Virus record (IMG/VR): IMGVR_UViG_2609459844_000001
Coordinates: 1-14,560 of that record
Strand: one strand, 5' to 3'
Source of the DNA: a virus
Taxonomy: Duplodnaviria > Heunggongvirae > Uroviricota > Caudoviricetes
DNA: 14,560 bases
The notes beneath the pieces are model-generated. The model did not search any database. It worked only from the letters and a program-made list of their open reading frames with translations, and was not told the DNA's origin. Positions 7,499 through 14,560 of this stretch are shown here, one piece after another. The number at the start of each line of letters is the position of its first letter. The stretch's first letter is position 1. The position numbers and the translations under genes were made by a program.

Positions 7499-9095
7499 AA
7501 GGGGGATGTATGGCCATAAAAGGTCTTGAGCAGGCCGTTGAAAACCTCAGCCGTATCAGCAGAACGGCGGTGCCCGGTGCCGCCGCAATGGCCATTACCC
7601 GATCATTCGCATTGTCATTCGCTGCTTTAACTGCCTTCGGTGTCGCGGCAAGCGTTTCAGACGTACTGTTTGTCGCACTGCTGAGCTGTACTATCCCCTT
7701 TTTCGTCGTGCTCGCATCCTCAAGCGCCACGGCGGATGCAATATCCTCTGCCCGTTTTGCCGCTGTCTCAGCGCGCGTTGCTGCGGATTCTGCCGTACTT
7801 TTGCTCTGTGCTGCCGCTGTCGCACTGCCAGCAGCCTCTGTCGCCTTTGTGGATGCCGTCGTGGCGCTGCTCTTCGCTGCTGACGCCTGTCTGGTCGCCT
7901 CATCTTTTGAAGCAGACGCCGATGATGCCGATGACGCCGCCGAACTGGCGGACGATGCCGCTGCCGTTTTTGAGGATTCTGCGCTGGTTTCCGACGCTTT
8001 CGCGTTCGTTTCGGATGTCTTCGCTGAGGAAGCAGACCTCGCTGCTGCGCTGGCCTGTTCAGTGGCTTCGCCAGTCTTCGTTGTGGCTGTTGAAGCGGAT
8101 GATGCGGCGCTTTCTGCCGATTTTCCGGCGGCGGTGGCACTGACTGAGGCCTGCCCGGCACTTGTTGATGCGGCACTGGCGGACGACGCAGCCGCTGTTT
8201 TTGAATCTGCCGCAGCTGAGGCACTCTGTCCCGCTGCCGTTTCAGAAGACCTGGCGTTCGTCTCGGACGTTTTGGCCGCCTTCGCAGAATTTGCTGTCGC
8301 CGTTGCCGAGGAAGCTGCGCTGCTGGCGCTCGAGGCTGCGCTCGTTTCTGATGATTTTGCCGCCTCTTTTGAAGCCGACGCATCCCGGGCTGAGGTGGCA
8401 GCTTCTGACGCTTTCGTGGTCGCGGTGGATGCAGAAGTGGCTGCTGATTGTTGTGACGCTGCGGCATTCGTTTCTGACGTTTTCGCCGCAGCGGCACTGG
8501 TGGCCGCCGCGCTTTTTGAGGACTCTGCAGCGGCAGCACTTTTTTCCGCTTCAGTGGCCTTTGTTGATGCCGTTTCTGCGCTGGAAGACGCTGACTGAGC
8601 CGACGACGCGGCCTGTCCGGCTGACGTGCTGGCTGCGCGTGCTGAGCCTGCAGCATCAGTCGCATGGGTTGCCGCCTCACGGGCTGATGTGCTGGCATCG
8701 CCGGCTGACTTCTTCGCGGCTGCCGTGTTCTGTGCCACTGCGGACGCGTTACGCTCCACCTCTTCCACCATCACTTCAAAACGGCGCAGTGCCTCCGGTC
8801 GGACATCATCCTCCGTCATGGCACCGAGAAAATCATTCAGCGTACCTGGTCTGGAACCTTCATAGACGGTAATGGTCCCGGCATGTGAAGGCGGAAAACC
8901 TTCAACCAGCAGGGTGACGCTGTACTGACCATGCTCAACATCCATGCTGTAACGTCCGGCTTCATCCGGATTTTCAGAGGCCACCGTGTTCACCACCACC
9001 GTGCTGCTGGTTCGTCTGGCCTTCAGCACAATGGTGCAGTTCTGTACTGGTTTTCCTGTGCCATCTTTAAGCACGCCAGAAATTTTTACTGTCAT
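7482..9095 (-). CDS. stf: Side tail fiber protein (lambda Stf / prophage StfR-like), N-terminal about 510 aa; 3' end replaced by junction sequence
   Basis: N-terminus MTVKISGVLKDGTGKPVQNCTIVLKARRTSSTVVVNTVASENPDEAGRYSMDVEHGQYSVTLLVEGFPPSHAGTITVYEGSRPGTLNDFL and the following Ala/Ser/Thr-rich repeat region match lambdoid side tail fibers. The last about 30 codons (VMAIAAAPGTAVLL...) are the reverse translation of the Z fragment and FII 3' end, so the distal receptor-binding portion is missing. Confidence 0.8.
   Translation of the reverse strand: MTVKISGVLKDGTGKPVQNCTIVLKARRTSSTVVVNTVASENPDEAGRYSMDVEHGQYSVTLLVEGFPPSHAGTITVYEGSRPGTLNDFLGAMTEDDVRPEALRRFEVMVEEVERNASAVAQNTAAAKKSAGDASTSAREAATHATDAAGSARAASTSAGQAASSAQSASSSAETASTKATEAEKSAAAAESSKSAAATSAAAAKTSETNAAASQQSAATSASTATTKASEAATSARDASASKEAAKSSETSAASSASSAASSATATANSAKAAKTSETNARSSETAAGQSASAAADSKTAAASSASAASTSAGQASVSATAAGKSAESAASSASTATTKTGEATEQASAAARSASSAKTSETNAKASETSAESSKTAAASSASSAASSASSASASKDEATRQASAAKSSATTASTKATEAAGSATAAAQSKSTAESAATRAETAAKRAEDIASAVALEDASTTKKGIVQLSSATNSTSETLAATPKAVKAANDNANDRVMAIAAAPGTAVLLIRLRFSTACSRPFMAIHPPFSGDG
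7510..7597 (+). pseudogene. Z: Tail protein Z, 5' fragment (first 29 codons) ending at a rearrangement junction
   Basis: ATGGCCATAAAAGGTCTTGAGCAGGCCGTTGAAAACCTCAGCCGTATCAGC...GCAATGGCCATTA matches the lambda Z start (MAIKGLEQAVENLSRIS), 11 nt after FII as in lambda. Similarity stops at about 7597, where minus-strand tail-fibre coding sequence begins. Confidence 0.75.
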
Positions 9096-9107
9096 ACTTT
9101 TCCACCA

Positions 9108-9142
9108 ATAAAAAAAGCCCGCAGCAGTGACGCCACGGGCTT
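9108..9142 (-). terminator. Putative rho-independent terminator downstream of lom (minus strand)
   Basis: GCCCG ... CGGGC hairpin (9118-9141) preceded on the + strand by an 8-A run, which is a U-tract after the hairpin on the minus strand. Lies between the lom stop and the stf start. Confidence 0.4.
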
Positions 9143-9246
9143 CAGGACAGTGTAACTTTACGTTTCCTCAAACGCAGTTCACCCCATAAGGTGGATGAAC
9201 CTGCGTATCATAACAATATTTACAGAAGATAAATCGGCGTCTGTTG

Positions 9247-9846
9247 TCAGAAACGGTATCCGATACCAACAATAAATGCATCCGTTCGCCAGTCGCCACT
9301 ACCGGAACCTTCATAAGCAAGGTCAATGGTCACGGATTCGGTCGGATTAAACTGCACGCCAGCCCCCCACGCCAGAGACGTGTTGCTGTGGCGACCGTCA
9401 TCACTTCCGGTCAGCACATCGTGCGTTTTCCCCTTGTTGTCAGTTACGCGGAGATAATCCCCGGAGAAAGTCGAAATACGGCTGTAAGCCACACCCGCCA
9501 TCGCATACGCGCTGAACCATTCATTCACGCGCACAGACGGCCCCGCCATTACGCTGAACCAGCGGTTACGAACGGAATCTTCATGCCAGCGGGTATCGCT
9601 GTAACGGGTCAGCTGGCGATTCTTGTCTCCTGCATAGCTGAATGACGTCACCAGCCCCAGTGTGTCCGTAAACTCATAACGGTATTTCACGTTAATCCCG
9701 TTCAGATCATCACTGCCGGGGACGTTCGTCGAGGCATGAAGATACCCCGCGCTCAGCGTGGACTGATGTTCAGACGCCCATGCAGGCGCACCGGATACGG
9801 CCAGACAAATGGCTGCGGACAAAATTGCTGCACAAACTTTACGCAT
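9247..9846 (-). CDS. lom: Outer membrane protein Lom (Ail/Lom family beta-barrel)
   Basis: 199 aa with signal peptide (MRKVCAAILSAAICLAVSGAPAWA) and C-terminal ...DLAYEGSGSGDWRTDAFIVGIGYRF matching lambda Lom. Position between J and stf as in lambda. Confidence 0.85.
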   Translation of the reverse strand: MRKVCAAILSAAICLAVSGAPAWASEHQSTLSAGYLHASTNVPGSDDLNGINVKYRYEFTDTLGLVTSFSYAGDKNRQLTRYSDTRWHEDSVRNRWFSVMAGPSVRVNEWFSAYAMAGVAYSRISTFSGDYLRVTDNKGKTHDVLTGSDDGRHSNTSLAWGAGVQFNPTESVTIDLAYEGSGSGDWRTDAFIVGIGYRF

Positions 9847-9867
9847 AATTACCTCTCGCTTTTCTGC

Positions 9868-9896
9868 AATAAAAAAGGCGTCACTCCTGACGCCCT
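9868..9896 (-). terminator. Putative rho-independent terminator between J and lom (minus strand)
   Basis: GGCGTCA-CTCC-TGACGCC, a 7-bp perfect stem with a 4-nt loop, flanked by an A-run on one side and a T-rich run on the other. Confidence 0.4.
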
Positions 9897-9916
9897 TTAT
9901 TGGGGTTATAAATATT

Positions 9917-11072
9917 TCAACGAATACTGATGCCGGAAGCGGCTTTTTTGGTCACAATCACCGTACAGTCGGTGATATTGCCTGCCCCCTGATTGCCTTT
10001 CTGGAAAATCTTAAACTCCAGAGTGACGCTACCACCACCACTAGGCATATCAATAACTGCACTGTAACTACCGGGAATGGCCCCTTTAGTTTCTCTGGAT
10101 GCGATTAATACGCCGTTTTTGCGAACTTCAAAACCATAACCCGTGTATCGCGTGCCTCCTGGGTTATTTCCGCTCCCCGGATCGTCATACGCTATACCGT
10201 TAAAAATAATGGGCGGAATAATAATCTGGCGGTCAAAGTTATGATCATCGCTGATGGTGACTGTAACCGTACCGTTTGGTGTTTCCGTGTTACCCCACGT
10301 ACCGACTTTTTTCGGGAAGGCTTTTGATACAGCTTTAACGAAATCCCCTCTGACCTGGGTCGCCTCCAGCATGCCCTTAATCGTACAGTTCTGGTTAATC
10401 TTGACATTGTTGAGCGTTCCTGAGTTCGCATTCACACTGCCACTGATATCCGCATTTTTAGCGGTCAGCTTTCCGTCTGATGTCAGGGAAAATACCGGAG
10501 GACTGCCACCGCTGGTAATGGTGGGGGCCGTCAGGCGCTTCAGGAACACGTCGTTCATGAATATCTGGTTGCCCTGCGCCACAAACATCGGCGTTTCATT
10601 CCCGTTTGCCGGGTCAATAAACGCGATACGGTTAGCGGCAACCAGAAACTGGCTCAGCTTGCCTTCCTCCGTGTCCTCCATTCCTGTCACCCTTTGAGGT
10701 GTTTTCCACCAGTGCCTGTACACCGAAGGTAAAGCGCAGACGGTCGATGTTTGCAGACGTAATGGTGCGGGTGATCGGCGTGTCATATTTCACTTCCGTA
10801 CCCAGCACCGTCTCGGAGCCGGAGGATTCAAACCCCTCCGGCGGTGTCTGCTCCTGCTCACCGGCACGGAACACCACCGTGACACCGGAGATGTTGGTAT
10901 TCCCCTCAGTGTCCAGCACCGGCGTACTGTTCAGCAGCACGCTTTTTAATCCATCCACCGGACCTTCAACCGGCCCTTCGCTGATGGCATCGATCACACT
11001 CAGCAACTGCGTGGACTTCAGGTTGTCCTTCGCTTCGCGCGGGGTATGCCCCTTACTGCTTCCTTTACCCAT
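9917..11072 (-). pseudogene. J: Tail tip / host specificity protein J with a large internal deletion and frameshift
   Basis: ORF 10632-11072 (MGKGSSKGHTPREAKDNLKSTQLLSVIDAISEGPVEGPVDGLK...TSKGDRN) matches the J N-terminus for about 131 aa and then runs out of frame. ORF 9917-10786 matches the J C-terminal receptor-binding region from [29 protein letters not shown]... to the end. The two homology blocks abut at about 10680 in different frames. Confidence 0.8.
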
Positions 11073-11132
11073 TCCTCACGCTCCATAAATGACAAAACCG
11101 CCCGCAGGCGGTTTCACATAAAACATTTTGCA

Positions 11133-11804
11133 TCAGCGACCAATCACCACAACCTGACCACCGTCCCCTTCGTCTGCCGTGCTGATCTCCTGAGAAACCA
11201 CGCGTGACCCCACGCGCATTTCCCCGTACAGAACGGGCAGAACATTGCCCTGGGCAACCATATTATCCAGCGAAGAAAAATAGGTGTTCTGTTTGCCGTT
11301 ATCTGTTGCCTGTGTGCGGGGAGTTCTGGCTTTCGGTGCCAGCATCTGCGCCACACCACCGAGCACCATACTGGCACCGAGAGAAAACAGGATGCCGGTC
11401 ATCCCACCGGCCCCAATGGCTGCCCCCCATGCTGCAAGGGTGACTCCGGCGGTAAAGAATGATCCGGCAATGGCGGCAGCCCCCAGGACAATCTGGAATA
11501 CGCCACCTGACTTGGCCCCGGCGACTCTGGGAACAATATGAATCACAGCGCCATCAGGCAGAGTCTCATGTAACTGCGCCGTTAACCCGGACGTGCTGAC
11601 GTCCCGCCCGGCAATCCGTACCTGATACCAGCCGTCGCTCAGTTTCTGACGAAACGCCGGGAGCTGTGTGGCCAGTGCGCGGATGGCTTCAGCCCCCGTT
11701 TTCACACGAAGGTCGATGCGGCGGCCAAATCGTTGCAAATCCCCGTAAAGGCAGATGCGCGCCATGCCCGGTGACGCCAGAGGGAGTGTGTGCGTCGCTG
11801 CCAT
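11133..11804 (-). CDS. I: Tail tip assembly protein I
   Basis: 223 aa, MAATHTLPLASPGMARICLYGDLQRFGRRIDLRVKTG..., near-identical to lambda gpI; overlaps K by 103 nt and is followed by a 60-nt gap before J, both as in lambda. Confidence 0.9.
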   Translation of the reverse strand: MAATHTLPLASPGMARICLYGDLQRFGRRIDLRVKTGAEAIRALATQLPAFRQKLSDGWYQVRIAGRDVSTSGLTAQLHETLPDGAVIHIVPRVAGAKSGGVFQIVLGAAAIAGSFFTAGVTLAAWGAAIGAGGMTGILFSLGASMVLGGVAQMLAPKARTPRTQATDNGKQNTYFSSLDNMVAQGNVLPVLYGEMRVGSRVVSQEISTADEGDGGQVVVIGR

Positions 11805-12445
11805 TTGTCGGTGTACCTCTCTCGTTTGCTCAGTTGTTCAGGAATATGGTGCAGCAGCTCGCCGTCGCCGCAGTAAATGGCGGCGTGATTCGGCACCGAT
11901 GAACCAAAACAGCACAGCAGCACATCGCCCGGCTGTGCCGCTGACAACGGCACCTGATACAGCCCCGTCGCCTCCAGATTATCCAGATAGAGATTCTGAC
12001 CGTGACGCCACCAGTCATCCTCACGATGAAAGTCCGGCATCTCAATCCCCGCCAGATGATAAGCATCCCGGAACAGTGTGTAACAGTCCGTCACACCGTG
12101 CTCAAAGCGCCGCCCGGTGAGATGCGGCACACAGCGGAACTTATGAATCGTCCCCCGGCAGACCAGCCACCACGGCAAATCACTCTGCACCTGCAGCCGC
12201 CGGTCGGCCTCACTCAGCCAGGGCAGACCACCGGGGTGGCTGTGGACCAGCGCCACAATCTCACCCTGCATTTCTGCCTGCAGCCAGTCTTCCGGCGACA
12301 TACGGAAATACGCCTCCGGCTCACCGGAAATATTCATGCAGGGAAAATATCTTTCCCCCTCCGGCGTTCTCACCACGAAGCCGCACGACTCCGCTGGCGC
12401 ACATCGCCGGGCGTGCGCCAGAATCGCTGATTCTGTCTCTGTCAT
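11702..12445 (-). CDS. K: Tail tip assembly protein K (MPN/JAMM plus NlpC/P60 domains)
   Basis: Contains the JAMM motif H-S-H-x7-S-x2-D (ALVHSHPGGLPWLSEAD) and a C-terminal Cys/His region. The ORF from the ATG at 12445 (MTETESAILAHARR...) is 247 aa. The classical lambda annotation begins 48 codons later (MSPEDW..., at 12301, 199 aa); I prefer the longer start because the MPN fold needs the upstream residues. Confidence 0.85.
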   Translation of the reverse strand: MTETESAILAHARRCAPAESCGFVVRTPEGERYFPCMNISGEPEAYFRMSPEDWLQAEMQGEIVALVHSHPGGLPWLSEADRRLQVQSDLPWWLVCRGTIHKFRCVPHLTGRRFEHGVTDCYTLFRDAYHLAGIEMPDFHREDDWWRHGQNLYLDNLEATGLYQVPLSAAQPGDVLLCCFGSSVPNHAAIYCGDGELLHHIPEQLSKRERYTDKWQRRTHSLWRHRAWRASAFTGICNDLAAASTFV

Positions 12446-12449
12446 GGGA

Positions 12450-13148
12450 TTACTGCGAAAGTTTGTTAATGGAAAGGAAGCCGCCAAAGTTGCCGACGTT
12501 ATTGCGGAACTTACAGCCACCCAGGCATTTGCTGCATTTATCCTTCGTGATATCGGACGTCGGCTGGTCATATTCATCCGCGACAGCCGGACCGCTATAA
12601 CCGCACTCGTCACCGCGATAGGTCCAGGTGCAGGTGTTGGCCAGCATGATACGTCCCGGAAAAACAGCGCCATCCGTTTCCGTCGGCGTGGACAGTACAA
12701 AGGAGGCACTCACCGCGCTCAGTTCGCTGCACTGCTCGATGCGCCAGCGGCTGATCACCTCCTGCTCCGGATCGGCGTCACTGTTTCCGTTGACGAAGTT
12801 CACCGCATCCAGAAAACGGGCGTAAACCTTACGCCGGACCACCGTTCCGCCGACCAGACTCTGCAGATCTTCCGCCATCCCGGTGACCATACCGTACAGG
12901 TTAGAAACCGTCAGCGTGGGGCGCGTACTGGTGCCTTTGCCATTCAGTTCAAAACCGCTCCCCTGAATGGGATACGGCTGATACTGTCGCCCCTGCCAGG
13001 TGACCGGCTCACCTTTTTCGTTCTGCTCATTACAGAAAAAATAACGTTCTCCACCGACCTCTGTCAGGTCGATTTCCCAGAGCACCACGCTGGCCGACTG
13101 CTCCGCACGGGTGCATTCATTCAGTGTTTCCTGCCGGATATCCTGCAT
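12450..13148 (-). CDS. L: Minor tail protein L
   Basis: 232 aa, [72 protein letters not shown]..., matching lambda gpL; 1-nt overlap with M as in lambda. Confidence 0.9.
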   Translation of the reverse strand: MQDIRQETLNECTRAEQSASVVLWEIDLTEVGGERYFFCNEQNEKGEPVTWQGRQYQPYPIQGSGFELNGKGTSTRPTLTVSNLYGMVTGMAEDLQSLVGGTVVRRKVYARFLDAVNFVNGNSDADPEQEVISRWRIEQCSELSAVSASFVLSTPTETDGAVFPGRIMLANTCTWTYRGDECGYSGPAVADEYDQPTSDITKDKCSKCLGGCKFRNNVGNFGGFLSINKLSQ

Positions 13149-13477
13149 CAGTTCACCACCTGTTCAAACTCTGCGCTGAACTCAACACGCAGCATACTGA
13201 CCCGCGACGACCATTTTGCGCAGGTCACCTTTATCTGCCGCCACTCATAAGGCGGCGTCCACAGAAAGGATTTCCAGCCCCCGTGCTCTTCCAGAAACGA
13301 CTCCAGTACCGTGGCCTCCTCACGGGGGACAGAAAGCGTCACGCTGTACGTTTTCAGGTTGGCATTCAGCCCGGCAGGCGCTCGCTGGGAATAGCCATCA
13401 CCAAAGCGCACCTTTCTTACAGAAGGGGCCGAAGCCACATCCATACCGGGTTTCACTTTCCAGCGGAAGGTTTTCAT
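13148..13477 (-). CDS. M: Minor tail protein M
   Basis: 109 aa, [50 protein letters not shown]..., matching lambda gpM. Confidence 0.9.
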   Translation of the reverse strand: MKTFRWKVKPGMDVASAPSVRKVRFGDGYSQRAPAGLNANLKTYSVTLSVPREEATVLESFLEEHGGWKSFLWTPPYEWRQIKVTCAKWSSRVSMLRVEFSAEFEQVVN

Positions 13478-13815
13478 CGTCCACCTCCGGAGAACAGGCC
13501 ACCATCACGCATCTGTGTCTGAATTTCATCACGGGCACCCTTGCGGGCCATGTCATACACCGCCTTCAGAGCAGCCGGACCTATCTGCCCGTTCGTGCCG
13601 TCGTTGTTAATCACCACATGGTTATTCTGCTCAAACGTCCCGGACGCCTGCGACCGGCTGTCAGCCAGACTGCCCGGTGTCAGGTCTTTAACTTTAGCCA
13701 GACGCGACCAGTCAACGTCTGAAAGCGGGTTCGCATAAGGGTCGCCGCTCCCGTTATAAACCCACAGGGTGGTTCCGGCACCTTTCACCGGTATTGCTGG
13801 ATTTGGTACAGGCAT
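13474..13815 (-). CDS. Chimeric in-frame fusion: major tail protein V N-terminus (about 48 aa) joined to the tape measure protein H C-terminus (about 65 aa)
   Basis: From the ATG at 13815, [48 protein letters not shown] matches the lambda gpV N-terminus and then diverges. The ORF ends with an ATGA overlap onto M, exactly as the lambda H/M junction does, so the 3' part is taken to be the H 3' end. U-to-V spacing (7 nt) is lambda-like. The deletion removed most of V, all of G/T and most of H. Junction at about 13665-13675. Confidence 0.7.
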   Translation of the reverse strand: MPVPNPAIPVKGAGTTLWVYNGSGDPYANPLSDVDWSRLAKVKDLTPGSLADSRSQASGTFEQNNHVVINNDGTNGQIGPAALKAVYDMARKGARDEIQTQMRDGGLFSGGGR

Positions 13816-13822
13816 ATCGTCC

Positions 13823-14218
13823 TCACATTTCATAGGTAATGACATAAGTCAGATCGGCAGAACTCCACAGGCCCGCATCATCGTCGCGCCGGTAGTCATA
13901 GCCGCTGGCCACCATACTGGTGATCAAATCTGACAGTGCCGGGACATCGCTCATCACCGGATAAATCCGGGACTCCATCCACGAATCCAGCTCTGAATCC
14001 GGCACCTGAGCAGGCAGGAAAACTTCAATATGCAGCTCCGCCTGCCAGGTATCACTGTCCAGCTCTTCGCCCGTGTATTCAGCGCCGGTGAGATAAACGG
14101 CAATTGCCGGAAAATCCGCCTCATCAAAAACAGCGGGGCGACCATCAAAAAGCGTCGCCCCGGTGTCATGCTTCTCCAGTGCATCCAGTACGGCTGCACG
14201 GAGTTCAGTATGTTTCAT
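13823..14218 (-). CDS. U: Tail tube terminator protein U
   Basis: 131 aa, [67 protein letters not shown]..., near-identical to lambda gpU. Confidence 0.9.
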   Translation of the reverse strand: MKHTELRAAVLDALEKHDTGATLFDGRPAVFDEADFPAIAVYLTGAEYTGEELDSDTWQAELHIEVFLPAQVPDSELDSWMESRIYPVMSDVPALSDLITSMVASGYDYRRDDDAGLWSSADLTYVITYEM

Positions 14219-14560
14219 CGCTTTATTACCATTCTCAGTTGATGCTGCAGCGCATAGCCCAGCTCTTTCGGAAGACGTTCACGCCGTATCCGTTCAATAT
14301 TCTGTTTAAACGCCGTGGTAAGCGGCACCGCCATCGGGATTTTCACCACATCAATGGGGTAACGGTTTTTCCCGGCCACACGCTGCATGACATGCCACCG
14401 GCCATTTTTCAGTTGCTGAATAAACGCGCCGGGAATACGACGGTTTCCCACCACAAGCACGCTGCCGCCACCTTTCAGGGATGAACGCTGCCCCTTTTTA
14501 CGACGTCTGCGGCGGGAAAGGACAACCCGCGCGTTACCCAGCTTGATTACGGGCAAATCC
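14215..14560 (-). CDS. Z: Tail protein Z, 3' portion (partial; the ORF continues past the window end towards its 5' side)
   Basis: Minus-strand translation ...[112 protein letters not shown] matches the lambda gpZ C-terminal two-thirds; 4-nt overlap with U as in lambda. Confidence 0.8.
   Translation of the reverse strand, partial: DLPVIKLGNARVVLSRRRRRKKGQRSSLKGGGSVLVVGNRRIPGAFIQQLKNGRWHVMQRVAGKNRYPIDVVKIPMAVPLTTAFKQNIERIRRERLPKELGYALQHQLRMVIKR

Noticed and set aside
7510-8872. Long + strand ORFs (7510-8598, 7736-8143, 8162-8872) and a second minus-strand ORF (7691-8698, Arg/Pro/Gln-rich) overlapping the tail fibre gene
   Set aside because: They are alternative frames of the GC-rich, low-complexity Ala/Ser/Thr repeat region of stf, with extreme compositions (Ala/Asp/Phe runs; Arg/Pro/Gln runs). 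Only the minus-strand frame 7482-9095 has a recognisable tail-fibre N-terminus and native start. ORF 7510-8598 begins as the genuine Z 5' fragment but continues into antisense stf.
11085-11118. Hairpin AACCGCC-CGCA-GGCGGTT in the I-J intergenic gap
   Set aside because: It lies inside a tail operon between genes normally co-transcribed, and the flanking T-tract is weak and interrupted; I do not call it a terminator without a folding calculation.
12336-13250. + strand ORF of 304 aa across the L/M region, plus other + strand ORFs at 12002-12430, 13124-13522, 13216-13722 and 14104-14484
   Set aside because: All are antisense to confidently identified lambda tail genes (K, L, M, V/H, U, Z) and show no motif or start context; shadow ORFs.

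Overview
The window is a mosaic, heavily rearranged and almost certainly defective lambdoid prophage segment (enterobacterial, E. coli-like). All identifications come from reading the translations and DNA against what I remember of phage lambda and phage 21 / Stx-phage proteins; no database search was run. Left to right: (1) the 3' part of a nanS-p-like sialate O-acetylesterase gene; (2) a phage-21-type lysis cassette on the + strand (pinholin S, SAR endolysin R, Rz with embedded Rz1) that is interrupted between S and R by an AT-rich two-gene insertion of unknown function, and between R and Rz by a terminator-like hairpin and several small hydrophobic ORFs; (3) an AT-rich spacer with a small Arc-like gene; (4) a lambda-type cos site followed by a 16-codon nu1 stub joined to the 3' two-thirds of capsid gene E, then intact FI and FII and the first 88 nt of Z; (5) a lambda tail-gene block on the opposite strand (Z 3' part, U, a V'-'H fusion, M, L, K, I, an internally deleted J, lom, and a truncated side tail fiber gene), whose inverted orientation fits an inversion with one breakpoint inside Z. 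The strongest candidate for a new system is the convergent two-gene moron between holin and endolysin (1821-2951), followed by the small-peptide array between R and Rz. No rRNA, tRNA or CRISPR array was seen.
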